DNA of 64,000 bases, taken from NCBI RefSeq assembly GCF_963921235.1, contig NC_086108.1:112594001-112658000 (forward strand). The letters are read 5' to 3'. Origin of the DNA: Mobula hypostoma (lineage: Eukaryota). The notes beneath the pieces were generated by a model. The model was not told the origin of the DNA, ran no database searches, and worked only from the letters and a program-made list of their open reading frames with translations. Of this stretch, positions 12,463-24,339 are shown in pieces (position 1 is the first letter of the stretch; every line of letters begins with the position of its first letter). Both the position numbers and the translations under genes were made by a program.

Positions 12463-13776
12463 TCACCTTCACTCTGAACTGATTCCATAACCAATGGACT
12501 CACTTTCAAGACTCTACAACCTATTCTCAGACCAAGGCACAGTCACTCAACCGTTTAAATGATTCAGGCAGATCATGGATGATCAGTCAATACACCTACC
12601 AAAGATTCAATAGGCTCCATTTGCTGATGCAGAAAACTGGGTAATAATGACATGCTATGAACATAGATTGTAAATGGTTCTGTGATGAGGCTGGGGTTAA
12701 ATCGGTGGGTTGCTGGGTGCTGTGGCTTGTTGGGACGGAAGGGCCTGTTTCAGATTGCATCTTCAAACAAACACATTTACTTGTCATGGTGGAGTAGTGG
12801 TTGGCACGATACTATAGTAGCTCTGGCTTCAGAACTCTGACATCATCAGTAAGGGGTTCTATATGTTCTATATGTTTCTATAAGGGTTTCTATATGTTCT
12901 ATAAGGGTTTCTATATGTTCTCCCCATAGACTGCATGGGTCTCCTCCTGGTGTTCTGGTTTCCTCGCACAGTTCAAATGGACTGGTTAACAGGTCATTGT
13001 AAGTTGTCCTGTGATAGGTTAGGGTTAAATCTGTGTTGTCGGGGTTGCTGGGTGACGCAGCTCGAAAGGTTGATTCCACACAGTATCTCTAACCCTAAAT
13101 AATGAAATAAAAATAAATAAATAAACAAACACGGAACAGTAGGACACACTACAGGCCCTTTGGCCCACACAGGCTTAAGATATCACAAGCAGTTGCTTTT
13201 TTGAGGGAGCAAGCATGAGATTTATAAAGTGGGGGCACGTTTCAGAAGTTTTCGTTGGGTTTGAGATATCACAATTGACAGGGCACTGGGAAAAGACCTA
13301 TAAAATGAAGCAAGGTTTAAGCAGAGTGGCCATTGTGAGAGTGGACAGGGCCAGAGTGGAGGGTTTGAGACTTCTGCAGAAGAGGCAAAGCCTATGTTAA
13401 GTTCCTTTCTTTCTTTGTGGGCTGAAGACCCTGTACTGTGCTGTAATGTTTTATGTTCTATGATGTTGTGCTGACCTTTTAACCTACACCAAGATTAATC
13501 TAACCTTTCCCTCATACATAGCTCTGCAGTTTTTCTATCATCCATGTGTCTATCTAAGGGTGTCTTAAATGTCCCTAAAGTATCTCCTTCTACCACCAGC
13601 CCTGGCAGCACGTTCCACACACCCACAACTCTCTCTCTAAAAAATCTACCTCTGACATTCTCCCTATAATTTTCTCCAATCACCTTAAAATTATGACCCT
13701 CAAATTAGCTACATCTTGGCTGAGAAAAATATCCCTGAATGTTCACTCTATCTCTGCCTCATATCATAGTTTTTCC

Positions 13777-14140
13777 ATCATCATTATCATTATGTGAAAT
13801 GTCGTATGATGTGGGCAATCGTGCCCATGATTGTTCTTGGCAAATTTTTCTACAGAAGTGGTCTGCCATTGCCTTCTTCTGGGCAGTGACTTTACAAGAC
13901 GGGTGACCCCAGCCGTTATCAATATTCTTCAGAGATTGTCTACGGGTGTCAGTGGTCACATAACCAGGACTTGTGATCTGCACCGGCTGCTCACACAACC
14001 ATCCACCTCCTGCTCCCGTGGCTTTACGTGACCCTGATCACAGGGCTAAGCAGGTGCTACACCTTGCTCAAGGGTGATCTGCAGGCTAGCGGAGGGAAGG
14101 AGCACCTTACACCTCCTGTGGAGAGACTTATCTCCAGCGC
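13777..14140 (-). mobile_element. RTE/BovB-tail-related short retroposon
   Basis: Minus strand gaagaaggcaatggcagaccacttctgtagaaaaatttgccaagaacaatcatgg with a (tga)n tail; an inverted copy lies at 16178-16576. Confidence 0.65.
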
Positions 14141-14211
14141 ACCAAGGAGGTATACATGATGATAGAAGTACAGAATATCATTTTGTACACCTCTATCATC
14201 TCACCTCTCAG

Positions 14212-14402
14212 GCAACACACAAAATGCTGGAGGAACTCAGCAGGTCAGGCAGCATCTATGGAAAAGAGTAAACAGTCGACATTATGGGCCGAGACCCTTC
14301 GTCTGGACTCTTCTCCATAGATACTGCCCGACCTGTTGTGTTTCTTCAGCATTTTGTGTAGTTTGCTTTGGATTTCCAGCAACTGCAGATTTTCTCGTGT
14401 TG
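14212..14402. mobile_element. Penelope-terminus-derived fold-back element
   Basis: cacaaaatgctggaggaactcagcagg... arm and its reverse complement around a degenerate hammerhead motif. Relatives at about 21908, 22176, 34160, 46052, 50755, 61830 and 63652. Confidence 0.7.
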
Positions 14403-14597
14403 GTGATTTAATAAATCACCTCTCATCCATGCATGCATGCATTTCTAAATGACAATAAACGAGGACTGAGTGTCCTCATAATCTAATCTAATCCACCTTC
14501 ACTCCAGAGAGAAAGGCTCTAGCTTCCTCAGCCTATCCCCATAAGGCATGCTCTCTCGGCACCATCCTGGTAAATCTCCTCTGCACCCTTTCTAAAG

Positions 14598-14658
14598 CAG
14601 GGGTTCCTAACCGTTTTTTTAGCCAAGGCATCTGTGGTTCCCAGGTTGGGAACATCTG
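14598..14658. mobile_element. 61-bp hAT-type MITE
   Basis: TIRs caggggttcctaacc / ggttgggaacatctg with a perfect 8-bp TSD ttctaaag (14590-14597, 14659-14666), inside a CR1 fragment. Confidence 0.85.
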
Positions 14659-16177
14659 TTCTAAAGCTTCCACATCCTTCCTATAATGAGGTGAGCAGAA
14701 CTGAACACGATATTCCAAGTGTGGTCTAAACAGAGTTTTATAGAGCTACAACATTACCTCGTGGACAGGTTGGTGATTCTGGCCTATGTACCTTCATTAG
14801 ATGGAGAATGGAATATAATGGTAGGGAGATTATGGTACAACTGTACAACTCAACAGTGTTAGCTACAGCTGGAGTACTGTGTACAGTTGTGGTTGTTACT
14901 CTGTAAGTAAGGTCAGGACTGCACTGGAGAGGGTGAAGAGGAGATTCACCACACTGTGAAGGAGTCCTACGATGATGCAGCACAGAAACAGATGCTTTGG
15001 CCCATCACTCCTTGTTGAGCTGTTTGCCCATCTATGTACTATCCCATTTGACCGCATTACCTACCTTTCCTGCCTTCCCCGGTGACTGGGACAGAGAGCT
15101 CAGTTATGAGCAAGACATGATGATAGAACAGACCCTTTGGTCCATCATGTTTGTGCTGACCATAGTTCATCATCTGAAGCAGCAGGGTATTTACAACATC
15201 GGCGATCACTGATCAGGGTTCAATTCCTGCCGTCGTCTGTAAGGAGTTTGTACATCCTCCTGGTGATTGCGTGGGTTTCCTCCGGGTGCTCTGGTTTCCT
15301 CCCACAGTCCAAAGGCAGATGGGTTAGTGGGCATGCTGTGTTAGTGCCAGAAGCACGTCAACACATGTGGGCTGCCCCCAGCGCATTCTCGGACTGTGTT
15401 GATCGCTGACAGAAATGACATGTTTCACTGTATGTTTCGATGTACGTGTTACAAATAAAGTTCATCTCTCCCAGAAACTACTGCCTTCTGCGGTACGTCC
15501 CTCCATTCCACGTCAGGCTAAACGGCTCTCAAACACCTGCTGTTGTATACGGCATCACAAGAAATTCCTAGATTATGTGGTTGACTTGAAAATCTCTCTG
15601 GGTTACCAATCTGACCTCGAGATTACTGATCTTAATCACTCTGCTGTGGCTCCTTGCCACACTTATTAACCTACTCTAGTCTACTCTAAATTCAATCTAA
15701 CCCTTTCCTTCTACATAACCCTCCGTTTTTCTATCATCCATTTGCCTACCTACAAGTCCCTTAAATGTCCTTAATGCATCTGCCTCCACCACCACCAATG
15801 GTGGGGTGTTCCACTCACCCTCCACTCAGTGTAAAAACCCCACCTCTGACATCCCCCCTATACTTTCCTCCAATCACCTTAAATTATACCCCATGGAAAA
15901 AGCTGCAGAAAGTTGTAAACTCGGCCAGCTCTATCGTGGGCACTGGGCTCCCCACCAACGAGGACATCGTCAAAAGGTGTTGACTCAAGAACGTGGCCTC
16001 CATCATTAAGGACCCCCATCATCCAGGACACGCTCTCCTCTCATTGCAACCATCAGGCAGAGGGAGAAAAGCCTGACGACACACACTCAATGTTTCAGGA
16101 ACAGCTCCTTCCCCTCTGCCATCAGATTTCTGAACGAACTATGAAGACATTAACACTACCACTCTTTTTTGCATTTT

Positions 16178-16576
16178 GGGGTGGAGATACGTCTCTACCA
16201 AAGGAGGTGTAAAGTGCTCCTTCCCTCTGCTAGCTTGTAGGTCACCTTGGGCAAGGGGCAGCACCTGCTTATCCCCCACCTCCCCTCCACCCCACCCACC
16301 CGATCAGGGTCACGTGAAGCCATGGGAGCAGGTGGCAGATGGTCATGTGAGCAGCTGGTGCAGATCTCAAGTGCTGGCTGTGTGACCACTGACGCCGGGT
16401 AGACAGTCTCTGAATAGTATCGGTAAGAGGTCGGGTCACCCAGCCTGTAAAGACACTGCCCAGAAGAAGGCAATGGCAAACCGCTTCTGTAGAAAAATTT
16501 GCCAAGAACAATCATGGTGAAGGAAAGACCATGATTGCCCATGTCATACAACTTGGTACATAATGATGATGATGAT
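16178..16576 (+). mobile_element. RTE/BovB-tail-related short retroposon, second copy
   Basis: gaagaaggcaatggcaaaccgcttctgtagaaaaatttgccaagaacaatcatgg...tgatgatgatga. Confidence 0.65.
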
Positions 16577-16945
16577 ATATGTCTTATTGTAATTTATAGC
16601 TTACTTTATGTATTATACTGCACTGCTGGCACAAAAGTAAAAATTTCACGGCATATGTTAGCAATAATAAACCTGATTCTGATTAATTTTATCTTAATAT
16701 TTATTTAATCATTTGACTGACTGGAAACCTTAAAAAAAAATCCTGGAACTTAAGTACAACTCTGACATGCAGAGAAGAGCTAGCACAGAGGGAACGTGAC
16801 TGAGTTCAGGGATTAGAGTGTACTCAAGTTAAATTTAGAAAGGACCTTAATTTAGTGCAGCCAGCGTCAATAGTGTTTCAGAGAAATCAAAGTAAATTTA
16901 TCCTCAAAGTACATATACACTCAGGAGAATGGGGTCGAGAGGGAA

Positions 16946-17469
16946 ACACACTTCGTGGCCACTTTATTAGACACGCCTGCTCGTTAATGCAAATATCTAA
17001 TCAGCCAATCATGTGGCAGCAACTCAATGCACAAAAGTATGCAGACATGGTCAGGAGGTTCAGTTGTTGTTCAGACCAAACATCAGAATGGGGAAGAAAG
17101 GTAATTTAAGTGAATTTGAATCATGGAATGACAGTTGGTGTCAGACGGGGTGGTCTGAGTATCTCAGAAATAGCTGATCTCCTGGGATTTTCATGCACAA
17201 CAGTCTCTAGAGCTTACAGAGGATGGTGTGAGAAACAAAAAGCATCCAGTGAGCAGCAGTTCTGTGGGACAAAACACCTTGTTAATGAGAGAGGTCAGAG
17301 GAGAATGGCCAGACTGGTTCAAGCTGACAGGAAGGTGACAGTAATTCAAATAGCACATGTTACAACAGCGGTGTGCAGGAGAGCATCTCCGAACACACAA
17401 CATGTTGAATTTTGAAGTGGACAGGCTGCAGCAGCAGAAGACCACAGACATACACTCCGTGACCACTTT
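16946..17469 (+). mobile_element. Tc1-family transposon 5' fragment (HTH region of the transposase)
   Basis: GMTVGVRRGGLSISEIADLLGFSCTTVSRAY...RGQRRMARLVQADRKVT is a decayed Tc1 paired-like DNA-binding domain; no DDE region present. Confidence 0.85.
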
Positions 17470-17804
17470 GGCAAGAACAGTGTACCCATTGTGGAATAAA
17501 ATTTATGAAAAACTATACAAACTGACAAACAACCAAAGTTCAAAAGACAAATAGTGAAAATAATAAAATAAGTAAATAAACAACAGTGAGAACATGAGTT
17601 GTAGAGTTGCTGAAAGTGAGTTTATACATTGTGGGGTCATTTCAGTGTTGAACAAAAGACAAACCAGGCAGTAAACTGTTTGTTGGTTACTGTGGTGGAT
17701 CATGTGCTGTCCAGGATTCAGGACAATTTACTGAGGAATATGCTAGCAGTTAAAAAGAAAAATAATAGAAGATTATAGGTACAAAAATACGAGGGGTATA
17801 AATA

Positions 17805-18385
17805 GTTCCAAATTTCAAAATAAATTTATTATCAAAGTACGTCACCATATACAATTCACTTTCCTCTGGGCATACTCAGCAAATCTATAGAATCATAACT
17901 ATAACCAGATCGATGAAAGATCAACCAGAGTGAAGAAGACAACAAACTGTGCAAGTCCCAATGTAAATAAATAGCAATAAATAACAAGAGCATGAGATAG
18001 TGAGTTAAAGAGTCCTTAAAGTGAGATCCCTGGTTGTAGGAACATCTCGACGGATGGATGGAGTGTAGTTATCCCCTTTGTTCAAGTGCCTGATAGTTGA
18101 GGGGTGCAAGTCCCGAGGCTCTTGTACGTTTGACCTGATGGCAGCAGCGAGGAGAGAGCATGTCCTGGGTGGTGGGGGTCCCTGATGATGGATGCTGCTT
18201 TCCTACTACAATGTTTCATGTAGACGTGCTCAATGGTTGGGAGGGCTTTAACCATGATGTACTGGGCCAAATCCACGAAGCTTTGCAGGACCTTATACGC
18301 AAAGGCATTGGCGTTTCCATACCAGGTTGTGATGCAGCCAGTCAATACATAATCTCCATCACACATCTACAGAAGTTTGTCCAAG
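17805..18385 (-). mobile_element. Rex1/Babar-like LINE 3' fragment
   Basis: LTGCITTWYGN...KAASIIRDPHHPGHALSSLLPSG. Confidence 0.8.
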
Positions 18386-19787
18386 TACAAATGTAACTCA
18401 ATAGGGTAAACACAAGCAGGCTTTTCCCACTGAAGTTGGATGGGATGACAACCAAAGGTCATGGGTTAAGGGTGAAAGGGGAACATGCGGGGAAACGTTT
18501 TCACTCAAAGGGTGATGAGAGTGTGGAATGAGCTGCCAGTGGAAGTGGTGGGTGTGGGTTCGATGTCATCACAAGAAAAAGTTTGGATAGGTACACGAAT
18601 GGGGAGGGGGGTATGGAAGGATATGGTCCAGTTGCAGGTCAATGGGACTAGGCCGCATAACGTTTTGGCATTGACTAGATGGGCTGAAGGGCCTATTTCT
18701 GTGCTGTAGTGCTCTCTATGTCTCTAAAAACTATTCTTGTATTCCTGCTCAATATTGAGTTACATTTATAGTTTATCTTTAACGTAGTAAACCTCTACTC
18801 TGTCAGAATGGTAACAAGCAACATCTGACACCAGGGATAAGATGGACTGATCGGGGCAGATGGACACCAGTCTCTCTCCTGGGATACAGCCACCAGAAAA
18901 ACTTTGGGAGTCTTATCATATCTTATCTCAAAGTATTTTTAAATTCAGTTGCCTTCATTGGGTCCGTGATGTGGGTTTAAAACAAGCCAGACATAGCTTG
19001 GGGAAGCACAGTACTGCAGCGTCGCAGTTGGGACATCGTTTTACGGCGCTCAATTCCCAACGTTGTCCGTGAGCAGTTTGTATGTTCTCCCCATGACCGT
19101 GTGATGCTCCAGATCCCCCACATTCCAAAGACATTCTGCTTAGGGTTAGTAAATTGTAGCTTGCTATGTTGGAGCCAGAAGCATGACGGTAGTGGGCTGA
19201 TTTGATCTGATGAAAACGATACATTTCACTGTACATCTAATAAATAAAGGGGACCTTTACATCGTATCACTCCAGATTCCAGCATTTGCAGTCTCCTGTG
19301 TCAGCTGCCAAAAGTTCCCTCAGTTAACCTGTGATTGTTATCAAAGGCTCAAAATGATTTGGAATTGGGTGAAGCCACAAGGCAAAAGAGCAGAATTAGG
19401 CCATTCAGCCCATCGAGTCTGCTCTGCCATTTCACCATGGCTGATTTATTATCCCTCTCAACCCCATTCTCCTGCCTTCTCCCCATAACCTTTGATACCC
19501 TGACTAATCAAGAAACTATCAACCTCAGCTTTTAATATACCCAATGACTAGGCCTCCACAGTCACTATGGCAATGAATTTCACAGATTCAGCACCCTCTA
19601 GCTGAAGAAATTCCTGCTCATCTCTGTTCTAAGGAATGTCCCTCTATTCGGAGGCCGTGACCTCTGGTCCTAGACCCTCATGAACCTCTTCTGCATGCTC
19701 TTCAAATGCCAGCACATCCCTTCTTAGGTCAAGGGCCCAAAACTGATCGTCATACTCCCAGACAGGCAGGATGACACACTGATATTA

Positions 19788-19946
<159 letters not shown>

Positions 19947-20164
19947 CTACAGGAGGGAGCAGGAATCAACCTGAGTATCGACACCAAAAGGCAACAGCGT
20001 CCAAGCAGAGACGGAGTTCTGGCTGTTTCTCACTTCCACATTCCTCCTGTCGCCGCTCAGTATCAATGGGTTTGTTGTTCTGTCTCTGGTAAACAGTCCC
20101 TCCAGCAACGTCCTGCCAGTGTTCTGTCCCAACACTCACTGTGGTCTCAACTGTATGTGGGCGT

Positions 20165-20640
20165 GAGAGAGAGGGTGGGACAGGGAGAAAAAGGGGGAGG
20201 GAGAGGGGGTGAAAGAGTGGGGGAAGGGTAGGAAGGGGAAAAGGAGCAGGGGAGGGGTAAAGTGGGAAGGAGCAGGGGGAAGGGGGAAGGTGTGTGTAAT
20301 TGTGCATGTGAGAGTGTACATGGAGAGGAGTGTGCCAGTGCATGTGAGTGTGAAAGAGATGTGACAGTGTGAGAGTAAGTGTGAGTGAGCATTTATACGT
20401 GTGAAAGTGTGTGAGCGGGAGTGAGCGTCAGAGTGAACGTGTGTGTATGAGGGATGGTGTGGGTGTGAGAGTGTGAGTGTGTGACTGGTAGTACGAGTGT
20501 GTACGTGTGCTTGTGCGAGAGACTGTGCGGGTGTGGGAGAGGATGTGCAAGTGTGACTGACAGTGAGTGTGAGTGTGCACTTGTGTATCTAAGACAGTAT
20601 GAGAGTGGGTGACGCGGGAGTGAAAGAGTGAGAGTGAGAA
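20165..20640. repeat. Low-complexity purine-rich then (GT)-rich tract in intron 3
   Basis: Directly visible GA/GG runs followed by degenerate gtgt/gaga repeats. Confidence 0.8.
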
Positions 20641-20799
20641 TTCCAGGATACGAGGCAGACAACCATCCCCTCTGCTCCACACCTGCTCCTCCCTCTCTCC
20701 CCTCCCCAGTCTGAGAAACAAGGATTTGCACAAATTCCTGAATAACTCTGGTATTTGCAGCTTTGACTTCCTGTAAATGAAAACACCTCCTCGTCATCA

Positions 20800-21310
<511 letters not shown>

Positions 21311-23309
21311 GCCAAGGACTGAAATTATTGCCTTTTGAAGGTGTTATCGATGCTTGGTCCAGAGGAACGCTGTTTCGTTTGGCAGTAAACACGTTTACGG
21401 ATGAATGACAATGAAGTGAATTTGAACTTAAACGGACTAAAGTATTTCTGCTGACTGGAATTGTGAAATCTCTTTACGCAGTTAACAGCCCAGTATAAAT
21501 TAGAAACAGACTGAAGTTAGGAAATCCTTCTGGATATAATCTGGGAGAGGCTTGCCATTCTTTCCCACAGATGTGATCAACTTTGTGTCAGCTGTTTACT
21601 GATGGGTTGCATTCAGAAGTAGTATTGTGGGCAGTTTTGGTCACCTCCCCAAAGGAAAGACGTAAATCCAATTCAAAGAGTGCAGAGAAAATTTACAAGG
21701 ATGTTGCCGGGACTTGAGGTCATGAATTATCGGGAAAGGCTAAAAAGGTTAGGAATTTATTCCCCGGTATGCGGGGGAACGAGAGATTTGATAGAGGTAC
21801 TCAAAATTCTGAAGGGTATATATAAGGTAAATGCAAACAGGCTTTTTCCAGTTGGGTGAGACTAGAGGTCATGGGTTAAAGGTGAAAGGCCAAATGTTTA
21901 AGGGGAAAGCAGACAAAATGCTGGAGGAACTCAGCAGGCCAGACAGCATCTGTGAAAAAGTGTAAACTGTCGACATTTTGGGCCAAGACCCTTCATCAGG
22001 ACTGGGTGAAATCCATAGTGGCGGCCTGACTAGCTGAGTTTATGGGTGTTGCTCAAGATTTCCAGCACCTGCGGGATCTGTGTTTAAGACAGGCCAAGCC
22101 CACAGGTTAGGGTCCTAAACTGGAACAGAGCTAATTCTGAGAGAATTAGGCAGGATCTAGCAGAGGTCCTAATGAACGTCGACTGTACTCTTCTCCACAG
22201 ATGCTGCCTGGCCTGCTGAGTTCCTCCAGCATCTTGTGTGTGGAGGGTTGCTCTGGATTTCCAGCACCTGCAGATGTTTTCCTGTTTGCGGATCTAGCAG
22301 AGGTTGATCGATTGAGCTTGTTTGAAGGGAGAGGAGCAAATGGGAAGCGGGAAGCTTTTAGGAGAGCAAGATCAAGGGTCCAGAAGCACGACATTCCTGT
22401 CAGCGTGAGGGGTAAACCTGGTAAGTGTGGGGAAACTTGGCTGACGAGAGATAGCAGGGGTCTGGTCAAGCAGAAGAAGGAATTAATGGGTTTAGATCTG
22501 GATCGAGTGAATCCCTTGATAACTATAACAAGATAAAAAATACTCTTATGAAGGAAATCAGAAGGGCAAAGAGGGTACGTCATGTATCTGGCAAGTAAGG
22601 TTAAGGAAAATCCCATGATGTTCTATAGCTAAACTAAGAGTCAAAGGGTGGCTGGGGAGAGAGGAGGGTCCCCCTTAGAGATTAGCACAACTGCCTCTGT
22701 TTCGGTGCACAGGGGATGGGTGGGATTAGTGATGAAAACAGTAAGAGAATGCAGAATAAATTGCTACAGAGAAAGTGCAGTGCAGATAGACAATAAAGTG
22801 CAAGAATACAATGAGGCAGGTTGTGAGGTTAAGTGCCCATCTGATTGTACTAGAGGGTCATTCAATAGTTTTATAACGGTGGGGTAAACGCTATCCTTGA
22901 GCCTGGTGAGATGTGATTTCAGATTTTTTATCTTCTGCCCAATGGGAGTTGGAGAGAGAGGATGTCCGGGTACATGGGGTCTTTGACTATGCCAGCTACT
23001 TTACCGAGGTAGTGAGAAGTGTAGACAGATGCCAAGAGCTCGCACAATCTCTGTTGAAACACTGAAGGATCCAACCACTTTGCAAATTCCAGTTGTCTTG
23101 GCAAACCCCTCTTGCTATATTTGTGGTGGAGACTGCCATTCCCACATTGACTTCGTCGGTCTCCTCCATACCCATGCAAACCAGTCACTCTCAATCCCAA
23201 GGGTCTGAAAAAGGAGGAAGAGGAGCAGGAAAGGCAGGACTGGTTTAAAAGGGCTGAATGACCTCCCCCATTCTAGCTCATTGATATCACTGGGGTTGCT
23301 TACATTCTA

Positions 23310-23483
<174 letters not shown>

Positions 23484-24059
23484 CTATATTTAAAAAAAAA
23501 CAAGTACAGGGTTTTCAAACTGAACAGACTGCCTTACACAGAAAACATGCCAAACAACTGTGTTCAGTTCTGGTCGCCAATACGGGATCTGGAAATGATA
23601 TTGTCCAAAAGGTTCTTCAGAAGTCAAACACGAGGCAAAAATCATGTGATTACAACCACTTCAAAACAAATAATGATAGTGACTAACTCATTCTACTGTA
23701 AGTGAGAAAGAAGCAAAGAAAAAAAGGCAAACGATGACTGAGAAAGAAAGAACAAAAATAGTCATCATCTTCTGGTGAAAACTACCTCAAATGAAACGTG
23801 TCGGAAAATTATTTAGGAAGCCAGGATTGGACGGGGCTCCAGAGGGTTACAAGGAAGTCAAAAAGGAGCTGAAAATTGGACCTAGGAGAGCTAGAAGAGG
23901 GCATGAGAAGGCTTTGGTGAACTGGATTAAGGAAAATCCCAAGGTGTTCTACACATACAGTATATGAAGAAGAGGCCAGAGTAAGGTGGGATTGATTGAG
24001 CGCAGTTGAGGAAACATGTGTCCAGACTCAGAGGAGGTAGGAGAGGTCCTCACTGATAC

Positions 24060-24333
24060 TGTAGCGGTGTGCTACACACAGCGCTAGAATAACCACACGG
24101 AGTCGGTGAGTTGGAGTTGCGATGAAAGAGATTTATTCAAACTTCGTGGCCTGCTTTAAAGCCTTCCCGTTCCCACCCTCCCTGGGGCGGGACTGCTGTG
24201 GGGAATGCATATCCCCAGACCCTTTCAGCGCGCGGGATTTTCCCCCTGCTGGTGAAGATGGCCTGGCGCCTTTTTTGGGGCCGGCCCTCTGCCTGCACGC
24301 GCTGTTTCGTGGGCCGGTTCGTGGGTCGCCACA
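24060..24333 (-). repeat. 3' LTR (274 bp)
   Basis: Direct repeat of 27892-28176; adjacent polypurine tract (minus strand) at 24334-24350. Confidence 0.95.
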
Positions 24334-24339
24334 TAACCC

